This document shows positions 53,944-62,304 of a stretch of 64,000 nt of DNA, one piece after another. Position 1 is the stretch's first letter. Every line of letters starts with the position of its first letter. The position numbers were made by a program, and so were the translations under genes. The notes beneath the pieces were generated by a model. The model was given only the letters and a program-made list of their open reading frames with translations. It made no database searches and was not told the DNA's origin. This DNA is from Candidatus Micrarchaeota archaeon (GTDB lineage: Archaea; Micrarchaeota; Micrarchaeia; Anstonellales; Bilamarchaeaceae), in NCBI GenBank assembly GCA_038046805.1, contig JBBSVO010000002.1, positions 2,528 to 66,527 of the forward strand. The letters run 5' to 3'.

Positions 53944-54799
53944 AATCAGATTCATCGAAGAGCAAGCTCATTCGAAAAATACTCGCGAAGTCGCCACAAA
54001 ATTTCCAAATGTACAAACCGAATCCGAATCCAGCGACTTCACGATCGAATCTGCATTCCAGAGTACTAGTGAAATTCTGCTTGGGAAGCGGCTCACAAAT
54101 CTACAATCATATCGTGAATGGCTGCTCGAGTATGTAGGAGAATCTGTCCGCACGAAGTCCGAAATAAGCGGAAAAACAATTTATGTTCCGGATATCATGT
54201 TCTTCAGTGCGATAAAAAGGAACATGGTTACGCTTGAAGAGTCGCTTGAGCTTGCAAAAAAACAGATTTCCGAGTCAGATGCCAGAAGCCTTACTCTTTC
54301 AAACGCATCCAAAAAACTGGAGAACGTGAAATTCATAACCTCGGATGTTATGCTTGGCCAAAATCTCGACCTGCGGGAAACTTCCACGTGCATGAATGCC
54401 CAGCACTGCCTTGACGGGTATTGGTACATTTATTCAAAGTGCGATGCCTATTGCGCATGGCCAAGGGAAACAGAATATTCATTCGGCAGCTATTTTCTGT
54501 TTGCATCCAAGTTCTGCATAAAGTGCCATAATTCCGTTGCCCTTACAAGATGCTTTGAAGTTAGCGATTCGGCAAATTGCACTGACTGCTATTTCTGCCA
54601 CAATTGCGAGGCATTAAGCAATTGCATGTTCTGTTTTAATGTGAAAAGCATGCGATACGCGATTGGAAATATTGAAATCGGGCGGGAAAAATTCATGGAA
54701 ATAAAAACACGTTTACTCGGGCAGGTTGCAGACGAACTGAAAAAAAATAAGCGGTTGGATTTGAGTATATATAATTTTGGATGTTGGAAAATAAAGTAA
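53936..54799 (+). CDS. Cysteine-rich repeat protein, single C-type module (copy 3b)
   Basis: The ATG overlaps the 3a stop (ATGGATGA). 'IESAFQSTSEILLGKRLTNLQSYREWL' and 'ALTRCFEVSDSANCTDCYFCHNCEALSNCMFCFNVKSMRYAIGNIEI' match the second halves of the fused copies. Confidence 0.75.
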   Translation: MDEIRFIEEQAHSKNTREVATKFPNVQTESESSDFTIESAFQSTSEILLGKRLTNLQSYREWLLEYVGESVRTKSEISGKTIYVPDIMFFSAIKRNMVTLEESLELAKKQISESDARSLTLSNASKKLENVKFITSDVMLGQNLDLRETSTCMNAQHCLDGYWYIYSKCDAYCAWPRETEYSFGSYFLFASKFCIKCHNSVALTRCFEVSDSANCTDCYFCHNCEALSNCMFCFNVKSMRYAIGNIEIGREKFMEIKTRLLGQVADELKKNKRLDLSIYNFGCWKIK

Positions 54800-55214
54800 G
54801 CGTGCGGTCTGAGTAGTTTTGCTTTACCTGAGCGACAGGAAAATTCAGGTGGATGACGAAGTTTTGCCTAAAATCTTAGACAAATGCCTGAGGTATTTTC
54901 TTAGCTCGATTTCCAGGGCTTCAAACCTTCAATTCGCTCGGGAAACCTTGGGAAATAATTTTGTCAGACGTTAATGATGACTGACCAACATTTACGAGTA
55001 AATTTAAGAAAAAATCTGCTAGTCCGGCTAAGCAAACTTTAGCTAATCGTTAGATAGACGAGAACTGCTTAGCCTGAACCATAGAAAAATTGAATTGCTA
55101 CAGAAATGATACATGTGCCTTGAGCAGATAATGGCAATCGTAGGTTGTGAGTGAAGTTCGTTAGAGTTCAAATCAAGCGTATGATCTTTTATATTTATTT
55201 AGGAAAAAAGAATT

Positions 55215-56219
55215 ATGGAGATTTCAAAATTTATTAAAAAACTCCCAAAGGCAGAGTTACATATTCACATAGAAGGGACACTTGAACCGGAGCTTCTATT
55301 TTCTATCGCAAAGAGAAATGGGATACATCCTAAGTATTCAAATGTCCGGGCTCTGAAGAGGGCATACAACTTTAGAAATTTACAGGATTTCCTTGATATT
55401 TACTATGAAGGATGTAGGGTCTTGCGTACAAGTAGGGATTTCTATGAATTGACATTGGCTTATTTTTCGAAAGCACACACACAAGGACTACGGCATGCAG
55501 AGCTTTTTTTTGACCCGCAGACTCACACGTCAAGAGGAATACCATTTCGTGTAGCTATTGAAGGAATTCATATGGGTTGCGTAGAAGCACGCAAACGGTT
55601 TTCCATATCTTCAAAAATCATCATGTGCTTCTTAAGACATCTATCCGAAAGAGAAGCGATTGAAACACTAGAAGAATCTTTGCCTTATCGAAAATGGATT
55701 GATGCGATTGGACTTGATTCCTCAGAACAAGGAAACCCTCCTTCAAAATTTAGACACGTATTTTCTCAAGCACGAAAAGCCGGCTTTCTAACAGTTGCTC
55801 ATGCTGGGGAAGAGGGACCTGCATCATATGTTAGTGAAGCAATCTCTCTATTGAAAGTATCAAGAATTGACCATGGGAATCATGCACTTGATAATAAAAA
55901 ACTTGTTAAGTATTTGGCAAAAAAAAGAATACCTTTAACAGTCTGCCCGCTTTCAAACCTCAAATTGTGCGTAGTTAAAGATCTTCGAAAACATCCCCTA
56001 AAAACGATGCTACTGGCAAAACTTTTAGTTACCATTAATTCAGATGATCCAGCTTATTTTGGGGGATATATTGGAGATAACTATCAGGCCATACAAAAAG
56101 CCATTAAACTTACAAATAAAGAATTAGTACAATTGGCAAAAAATTCTATCGAAGCGTCATTTCTAACACATACAAGGAAAAAATATTTGATGCGGCTTAT
56201 TGATCAATATGCAGAATAA
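55215..56219 (+). CDS. Adenine deaminase of the adenosine-deaminase superfamily (bacterial/eukaryotic ADE type)
   Basis: 'LPKAELHIHIEGTLEPELLF', 'FFDPQTHTSRGIPF', 'GLDSSE.GNPPSKF', 'TVAHAGEEGP', 'SRIDHG', 'PLTVCPLSN', 'INSDDPAYFGGY'. It is collinear with bacterial adenine deaminases as I remember them. Confidence 0.85.
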   Translation: MEISKFIKKLPKAELHIHIEGTLEPELLFSIAKRNGIHPKYSNVRALKRAYNFRNLQDFLDIYYEGCRVLRTSRDFYELTLAYFSKAHTQGLRHAELFFDPQTHTSRGIPFRVAIEGIHMGCVEARKRFSISSKIIMCFLRHLSEREAIETLEESLPYRKWIDAIGLDSSEQGNPPSKFRHVFSQARKAGFLTVAHAGEEGPASYVSEAISLLKVSRIDHGNHALDNKKLVKYLAKKRIPLTVCPLSNLKLCVVKDLRKHPLKTMLLAKLLVTINSDDPAYFGGYIGDNYQAIQKAIKLTNKELVQLAKNSIEASFLTHTRKKYLMRLIDQYAE

Positions 56220-56626
56220 AAAATATGACATCGGCACACCATTTCCTAAGGATTGAGAATTTCGAAGAAATTCGAGAGAATTGAAATCAGCAGATTTCAA
56301 TCAGAAACGCATTGTGTGTCCTGAAACCTCGTAGCTCAGGCAAACGATTCTGAAGAGCGAAGCATTGAAACTTGGCAAAGCAAGTTTCAAAATTTGAAAA
56401 AATTACATTTTTCAAAGCTCTTTGGAAGCTTTTGGCATCAGCCAAATGAGTTCACACCAAGCATGCGGTCTGAGTCGGAAGCTTTTGGTAACAGCCAAAT
56501 AGGACTTCTCCTAGCATGTTTTGTAGTGGGGAACTAAAATGTGGATATCCACATAAAGGTAGGCACTACAAAAGGCACTTGATTTGTATCTGGAAGCTGT
56601 CGAGTAGCACCCAATTTCGCGTACTT

Positions 56627-57074
56627 TCATTTGTCCGCCCATTCATCCCATACTCTTTTCGTTTCCGGCTCTCGCTTTCCGCAAGGCGGCTCTACTTTAA
56701 TTTTTCCGTTGTCGTCAAAGAGTCTTGCATAAACCTGTCCAAGCGTTCGCTCTCCATCCCTTTGGCGCGAGGTTGTTTCATTTATTCCGCCTCGCACGCG
56801 CGTAGCCTGTAATGCCATTATTCTTCTGCGTGTTTTTTTGTTCATAAAAATTTGTTGTCCGTAGTTTTGTGTAAACATCTATGATTTTGGGTAAACACCT
56901 TACGTAGTGATCTGCGCGAACGAAGTGAAGCGCTTTGTTACCGTGATCAACGATAGCGAAGCGCAGAAAGGGAGTAATTTCATGCTTCTCAAGACAGCCC
57001 GGCAGCGCCCCTGATTCTGACTTATAGTGATCCAAGAAAGTCTTGCGAAACTTTCTTGTCTCACTACATAGCAA
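56627..57074 (-). pseudogene. Possible decayed gene (two overlapping frames, no recognisable family)
   Basis: ORFs 56778..57074 and 56627..56878 overlap in different frames on the same strand. Both look protein-like ('FAIVDHGNKALHFVRADHY', 'RTLGQVYARLFDDNGKIKVEPPCGKRE'), but neither is complete. Confidence 0.25.
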
Positions 57075-57145
57075 ACCACGCCGTCATGGCAAAGCAGCAA
57101 TAGTATAGAGTCTTGCATTACTTTCGTGGTTTGCTATAAGTAAAG
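57014..57145. ncRNA. Candidate structured RNA, copy 2 of the two-copy element
   Basis: Aligns with 34853-34989. Hairpin H1 is 57033-57056. Stem H2 pairs 57068-57080 with 57125-57137 (13 bp, perfect). Confidence 0.45.
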
Positions 57146-57194
57146 CGGGCTTCCCCGTTTGCCGTGAAAACCAGCTGTGTTGCCTTTTCCTTTT

Positions 57195-57498
57195 GAGCCA
57201 AAACGCAACATGTCCGAGACGCGAAACTCGGAACCGGAAACGCTTTTGTCTAAGCCACGCTCCGTCGCCATACATCGGCGCTGTAGCGTGTCTGCTCCAC
57301 CCTGTGAACTTACAAGCACAGAGAAATAAACTTATGGCTGCTCCTTTCGGTCTGACCAGATTCGCGTATTCCTCTGCCATATAAGGCAGGGTTTCGACGC
57401 TTACGGAAAAGGGCGCAACAGATTCTCGCAACGCCCGGGGCATTCGGTCCGTCTAAAGGGGATTTACGGTGCCGGGACCCCTAGCCCCGACCTAGCCC
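57195..57498 (-). ncRNA. SRP RNA (7S RNA); ends approximate (+/- 15 nt)
   Basis: The minus strand at 57360-57331 reads 'CUGGUCAGACC-GAAA-GGAGCAGCCAUAAG'. This is the universally conserved helix-8 motif (compare E. coli 4.5S 'GGUCAGGUCCGGAAGGAAGCAGCCAAGG') with a GNRA loop. The 5' end 'GGGCUAGGUCGGGGCUAGGGGUCCC' is G-rich, and 'UUUGGCUC' near 57195 can pair with it. The length of about 304 nt is typical of archaea. A/T-rich promoter boxes lie at 57505-57540. Only short overlapping ORFs occur here. Confidence 0.8.
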
Positions 57499-57759
57499 AG
57501 TAAGTATATGTTATAATAAGGTAATTAAGGTTTATGTAATGGGTTTCGGGTCTTCAGTTCCGCGTTTTGGAAGATAATTATTTATGGTCTCGCATTATGT
57601 GTTCCGAGCGCAAGAGTGTTTGCTAGTAAACCTCTATGGTTTTTGGCAAGTGCCCGTCCTTGTCCTAATATATTTGAAATCCAAAAGGCTTGTGGCACGC
57701 AGATTTAAAAAGAAATTGCTCTATATTCCATCATTCGACCAGATATTTCGGGTGAAACA

Positions 57760-58137
57760 ATGGGACTTTTTGATAAAATTATGGGAAAAGGGGAAACAAG
57801 TTCAGACGTACCTGACCTTGAGGACATGATTGGCTCTGAAGGAGACTTAATAAGTCCGCCAGCAGACTTTTACGTGAAGAGGGTTGACCTCAGAAACGAA
57901 GGAGATGCAGACCTTGTTTTGAAAGAGCTTGGGCAGAAAAATGTTATTATTTTGAATGTTCTTCCGCTTTCAAAGCAACCAAACAGGTTGAAATCAATTA
58001 TCGCAAAGCTGAAGTCACACACTGGAAAGATTGACGGGGATATCGCATTGCTCTCATCAGACTCAATTCTTTTGACTCCGAGCCATGTTAAAATTGTCAA
58101 ATCAAAACCAAAACCCTCTGGAACAAAAATAGAGTAA
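57760..58137 (+). CDS. sepF: Cell division protein SepF (DUF552)
   Basis: N-terminal amphipathic 'MGLFDKIMGK', then 'YVKRVDLRNEGDADLVLKELGQKNVIILNV' and 'IDGDIALLSSDSILLTPSHVKI'. Confidence 0.65.
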   Translation: MGLFDKIMGKGETSSDVPDLEDMIGSEGDLISPPADFYVKRVDLRNEGDADLVLKELGQKNVIILNVLPLSKQPNRLKSIIAKLKSHTGKIDGDIALLSSDSILLTPSHVKIVKSKPKPSGTKIE

Positions 58138-58299
58138 CCAACCAGATCGTTTCTTTCTTTTTATATTTTATTATTTTTCTTTATTTTCATTTGTTGAGCC
58201 GCGCGCAGAAGTAAGCGGGGAAAATTTCAGTTCTTTTTTAGGTAGTCCATTTCTAAAAATGTATTGTGTGGCACAAGGCCAATTACCCATAACTACCGG

Positions 58300-59121
58300 T
58301 TAATTATTCTTCCCATTTTCTATTTTCTCCGTCTTTGTCCCTTTTTCCTCTTTCCCGTTTCCATTGCTCTTCCCATTTTTCTCGTTCTTTCCGTTTATCA
58401 CTCTTATAAAAATCTCCCCGAAAAGAACGTCCTGTTTTATATCAACTTCTTCTTTTTGCGTGAGATGAAGCACAGATAAAAGAGAATAAAGAATGTCCTT
58501 TGGTGAGCTACTTTCTACTACTCTGGAAAATATTGTCCATCCTTCCGAATCAGTTGTTGATTTTATTTTGTCAAGCGTTGTTTTCATTGTTTCTTCCAAA
58601 TCATAACTGTTAAGCTTGAGATCAACGAAATCCTCGATTCCACCACGTTTTTTAACAACGCGGTCAGTTTCATCGTATTTTATTATCCGCTCCATTTCGG
58701 AAACCAATTCCTCGAGCGTTATCTGCCTTTTTGGAGGGACGCGCGAAGGAAACATCAGTTGTGGAAGCGGTTCAATTATTCCATCCTCCTCTCCTTCCAG
58801 AGGTACAAGCACCTCCTGTTGTGGCAAGTCATACAATTTCACCACGCTACTTTTGTATCTCAGAAGAATTGCAGATGCAAGAATTATATTTGCCGGAACG
58901 GAAAATTCCATTTTTTCCATTTCTCTTACGCGTTTTACAAAGGCGTCTGCCACGCTTTTTATATCAACATCCCAGGGGTCAACCCTTTCGGTGGAAATCA
59001 ACTCAAGAAGAAGCATCTTCCAGGTTGGTTTAGATACCATTGCCTCTAGGTTAACTGCTGACATGCTCATTGTTTTCTGGTCCATTCTGATCGCCGTTGA
59101 ACTGTTTATCAACTTACTCAT
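58300..59121 (-). CDS. scpA: Segregation and condensation protein A (ScpA kleisin)
   Basis: 'LLELISTERVDPWDVDIKSVADAF', 'ASAILLRYKS', and a C-terminal winged-helix region 'ILYSLLSVLHLTQKEEVDIKQD'. Confidence 0.75.
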   Translation of the reverse strand: MSKLINSSTAIRMDQKTMSMSAVNLEAMVSKPTWKMLLLELISTERVDPWDVDIKSVADAFVKRVREMEKMEFSVPANIILASAILLRYKSSVVKLYDLPQQEVLVPLEGEEDGIIEPLPQLMFPSRVPPKRQITLEELVSEMERIIKYDETDRVVKKRGGIEDFVDLKLNSYDLEETMKTTLDKIKSTTDSEGWTIFSRVVESSSPKDILYSLLSVLHLTQKEEVDIKQDVLFGEIFIRVINGKNEKNGKSNGNGKEEKGTKTEKIENGKNN

Positions 59122-59161
59122 TTAAATAACTTTTCTACGCCTTTTTACCCAAGGCGATATC

Positions 59162-60259
59162 ATGGATCTATGTAAAGCATCTGTTTTGAATTCTTCGGAT
59201 ACTCTCTCAAAGGCAACTGAGGAGTTAGTGCGAAATGGTACGGCTGTAATTATTATGAATGAAGGGGTCTACAAGGGCATTGTTGACGACCGCCACCTGA
59301 GTTTTGGCACAAATGATGCAGCAAAGGAAAAATGCGGTTCGGTGTGTGTTAAGGCACCTTCTCTTAGACAAGCTTCTTCGCTGAATGATAAACTAAATGC
59401 CTTTTTGGCAGGTCATTTCAAGGCATTGCCAGTCTTTGATGACTCTGGCAAACTTGAAGGTCTTTATTCCCGCTCGGATTTTCTAAGAGACCTGTTATCC
59501 CAGAGACTCATTCCGGATGCGACTGTTGATTCGATAATGAATTCCCCTGTTTTTACTGTGGATTATGAAGATAAAGTTGGTGCTGTCAGAAGACTTATGA
59601 AACAACACGATGCAAACAAGCTTTTAGTTCTCAAAAACGGAAAGCCATTTGGCATAACTTCTACGTATGATCTTGCCCCCGTTTCCATGAATCCAAAAAA
59701 GAGACGTGGTGCATCCACTATTTCAGAAGTAACCAGTGTGGATGACTTGTCAATCTCTTCGTTTGTACGGGAAGGGGTTCATAGTATCGAACCCGGAAAA
59801 ACAATTGCCGATGCCATGAAAAAAATGGCCGATGCAAAAATCTCCTCGCTTACAGTTATGTCTAGTGGAAAAGCCAGCGGTGTTGTTGCTGCAACGGATA
59901 TATTCAAAATTGTCCAATCCCTGTTGTCTGACAAACAGAATATTCTCATAAGCGGATTGGGCGAAGATGATAAATCTGCGTACAGCTACATCTCCGACAG
60001 AATCTCAAATATCTTAGGTAAGTTCGCATCTATTCCACAGAGATCTGCAAGTGTTCATGTGAAAAAGGGCAAATCTGTTTATTCAGTAAAAGTTCTGCTG
60101 AGTGTTGATGGATTGCCAATTTCCGTTTCTATTGAGGGACACGATCTAAGAAGTGCGGTGGATGCTCTTTCAGATGAGCTTCATGTCGTCCTTCAAAAGA
60201 AAAAGGAAAAACATTTGGAAGATCGCTACAAAAAGTATGTAAAGGGTGACATCTATTAG
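59162..60259 (+). CDS. CBS-domain protein with a C-terminal HPF/RaiA-like (ribosome-associated inhibitor fold) domain
   Basis: Four CBS-like units ('LPVFDDSGKLEGLYSRSDFL', 'KLLVLKNGKPFGITSTYDL', 'SLTVMSSGKASGVVAATDIF'). A roughly 100-aa tail with a beta-alpha-beta-beta-beta-alpha pattern follows, ending 'HDLRSAVDALSDELHVVLQKKKEK'. That ending resembles the '..dmY.AID...dkLerQL.K.K.K' pattern of HPF/YfiA. Confidence 0.65.
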   Translation: MDLCKASVLNSSDTLSKATEELVRNGTAVIIMNEGVYKGIVDDRHLSFGTNDAAKEKCGSVCVKAPSLRQASSLNDKLNAFLAGHFKALPVFDDSGKLEGLYSRSDFLRDLLSQRLIPDATVDSIMNSPVFTVDYEDKVGAVRRLMKQHDANKLLVLKNGKPFGITSTYDLAPVSMNPKKRRGASTISEVTSVDDLSISSFVREGVHSIEPGKTIADAMKKMADAKISSLTVMSSGKASGVVAATDIFKIVQSLLSDKQNILISGLGEDDKSAYSYISDRISNILGKFASIPQRSASVHVKKGKSVYSVKVLLSVDGLPISVSIEGHDLRSAVDALSDELHVVLQKKKEKHLEDRYKKYVKGDIY

Positions 60260-60728
60260 AACGGTCGCGGACATATCTCTCAACGGCCCAGCCAAAGGCC
60301 AAACCAAAGGTCAGGTAAGTTCCGAACTCCTTATTGTAGTTTCTATAATTCTTGTTCTTTTTATTCCGCTAATCGTTGGTTTTTATCTGAAAATATCCGA
60401 AGTTAACGAGTCTATATCCGAAGTTCAGGCCCAATTGGTTGCATCCCGTATTGCAAGCCTGGCGAATTCCATTGGAAATCTCGGTTCTTCATCTGGTGTA
60501 ATCACTGATATATATCTTCCTTCATCTATCGAAGAATTAAACGTGGCTTCTCTTGGAAGTGGTAGCGAAGTCGTTATCCATGCAAGAGTTCGTGGTGGTG
60601 TAAGCGAGCTTGTCGAAATAATAAAATTTCCTGTCGAAAAGACGCTTACGATTGAAAATCCAAGAGAGGGTATGGTAAGGCTTGAAATATCTTCGGAAAA
60701 AGGAATAATAAAAATAAATAAGGTGTGA
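60246..60728 (+). CDS. Class III signal peptide (archaeal pilin-like) protein, stand-alone
   Basis: GTG start overlapping the CBS gene end. 'NGPAKGQTKG|QVSSELLIVVSIILVLFIPLIV', with Glu at +5. Confidence 0.65.
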   Translation: MTSIRTVADISLNGPAKGQTKGQVSSELLIVVSIILVLFIPLIVGFYLKISEVNESISEVQAQLVASRIASLANSIGNLGSSSGVITDIYLPSSIEELNVASLGSGSEVVIHARVRGGVSELVEIIKFPVEKTLTIENPREGMVRLEISSEKGIIKINKV

Positions 60729-61011
60729 CGCTCCAAGGGCTAAATCTGCTTGAACTACGTTCAAGTCTCTCGGGCAAAGCCCTCGATCCCTTGGCTTCCA
60801 ATATTTGCTTTAGGCGGAAGCCGGAGGAATACTCTTGTCGCCTGCGGGTTCGCTCCTCCAATTGAACGCCGATGCGTTCAATGGACCACAAAACGAGTTC
60901 GTTTTGTCGGTCCTCGGTTTGAAAACCAAGGCTTCCTAACACGGTCTGAGCAGGGTAATAAAAATTTTATATTGCTGCTCAAACCGTGTTACCGCGAACC
61001 CTTGGAGCGTC
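60727..61011. ncRNA. Candidate large structured RNA (about 285 nt, multi-helix, strand unknown)
   Basis: A 13-bp perfect closing helix pairs 60727-60739 with 60999-61011. It encloses at least six local helices: 60749-60765 (7 bp), 60793-60799/60816-60822 (7 bp), 60823-60828/60854-60859 (6 bp), 60862-60881 (8 bp), 60883-60913 (13 bp with 1 bulge) and 60940-60953/60975-60988 (13 of 14). No plausible ORF is present. Confidence 0.5.
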
Positions 61012-61025
61012 AGTGAGACGTCTAT

Positions 61026-62258
61026 TCAGCAAATCTCATTGTCCTCGTAAACCGTTCTTCCCCCGAATACAGTTTTCACTGCTTTTCCGCGAAGTTTTTT
61101 CCCTTCGAATGGGCTCCATTTGCATTTTGTTTCTAATTCTTCTCCATTTACTGTCCATTCTTTTTTCAAATCAACAAATGTCAGGTTGGCGCTGAAACCA
61201 ACTGCGATTCTCCCCAGGTTCGTTAATCCGAATATTTCCGCTGGATTTTCAGTCATTCTGCTTATTATCCAGTCTAATTCCAGCATCCGTTTGTTATAAG
61301 CATCGAGCATGAGTGCAAGGCTTGTTTCCAAACCCGGAAATCCCCGTGCTCCATCTCCTTTGTCTTCCAACGTATGTGGCGCATGGTCTGTTGCAATACA
61401 ATCTATATTATTTAATTTTTTCCAAAGCGCTTTTCGGGTTTCCTCCGAACGTAGTGGTGGATTTACAGTTCCAAGTTGTTTTAGTTTATCTGCGTCTTTT
61501 TGCGAAAGAAACAAATAATGCGGTGCAGTTTCAACAGACACATCTGCGCGGAGTTTCTGCCCGCCTGCCTTTTCTTTTGCAATTTCTATTTCCTGTGAGG
61601 TGCTCGCATGCGCTATGTGCAGCTTTCGTTTTGTTTTTTCCGCAAGTGTGACCGCTCGTTTGACTGCAATCTCAGCGGCTTCCTCAGTTCTCTTTCCGCT
61701 ATGTGCTTCCATGTATTTTTGGTCTTCAGCATGGACAGTAATAGGTTTCTTCCTGTCAAAATTTGAAAAATGGCGTTCCATTATTTCATCTTCGGTGACC
61801 AAAAGGTCGCCGGTTGTTTTTCCCATGTAAACCTTTACCGCGATCGGATTTGCTTTTTTTATTTCAGCAAAATTGTCATTCGTTGCACCCATATAAAATC
61901 GCACGTCACACAGCGCTTTCTTTTGTGCGAGTTCTTCCTTTTCCCTGAGCCTGCGTAAGGTGGTGGTCGGCACTTTGTTGTTAGGCATATCAATTACGGT
62001 CGTTATTCCGCCCGCGAGCGCGGCCTTTGTTCCGGTTACAAAATCCTCTTTGTATTCCGATCCCGGTTCTCGTAGGTGAACATGAACATCTATTAATCCA
62101 GGAATCACCATAAGTCCGCCTGCATTAATTTTTTCTTCCCCACCCGCCTCGTTTTCAGGTATTCTGCCAGCTATGCGTGCAATCTTTCCATCTAAAATAA
62201 GAATCTCCTTTTCCGAAATCTTTCCATCTATATATGTGCGGCAATTTGTAATAAGCAT
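61026..62258 (-). CDS. pyrC: Dihydroorotase (cyclic amidohydrolase family)
   Basis: 'GLIDVHVHLREPG', 'GGITTV', 'LHIAHAST', 'ATDHAPH'. Confidence 0.85.
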   Translation of the reverse strand: MLITNCRTYIDGKISEKEILILDGKIARIAGRIPENEAGGEEKINAGGLMVIPGLIDVHVHLREPGSEYKEDFVTGTKAALAGGITTVIDMPNNKVPTTTLRRLREKEELAQKKALCDVRFYMGATNDNFAEIKKANPIAVKVYMGKTTGDLLVTEDEIMERHFSNFDRKKPITVHAEDQKYMEAHSGKRTEEAAEIAVKRAVTLAEKTKRKLHIAHASTSQEIEIAKEKAGGQKLRADVSVETAPHYLFLSQKDADKLKQLGTVNPPLRSEETRKALWKKLNNIDCIATDHAPHTLEDKGDGARGFPGLETSLALMLDAYNKRMLELDWIISRMTENPAEIFGLTNLGRIAVGFSANLTFVDLKKEWTVNGEELETKCKWSPFEGKKLRGKAVKTVFGGRTVYEDNEIC

Positions 62259-62304
62259 GAAAATAGAACGAAGGCTTGTTTTATAAGAATTGCGAAATTG
62301 CGAA

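Noticed and set aside
54960-54985. C/D box sRNA at 'gtcagacgttaatgatgactgac'.
   Set aside because: The AUGAUGA-like and CUGA-like boxes are directly adjacent, with no guide spacer and no second box pair.
56247-56530. CRISPR array.
   Set aside because: The hairpins differ in sequence and spacing, with no constant repeat unit or regular repeat-spacer period. The only true repeat is a single 53-nt tandem duplication.
57084-57443. ORFs 57084..57443 (-), 57134..57319 (-) and 57193..57384 (+).
   Set aside because: The region encodes SRP RNA: the conserved helix-8 motif is present and the sequence is G/C-rich and structured. The ORFs overlap each other in several frames.
60727-61011. RNase P RNA as the identity of the 285-nt structured element.
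   Set aside because: The size and the long closing helix fit. However, I could not find the universal CR-I 'GAGGAAAGUCC' (only 'GGAGGAAUACUC') or the CR-IV/V 'ACAGAA...GGCUUA' on either strand, and the P4 pairing cannot be drawn.
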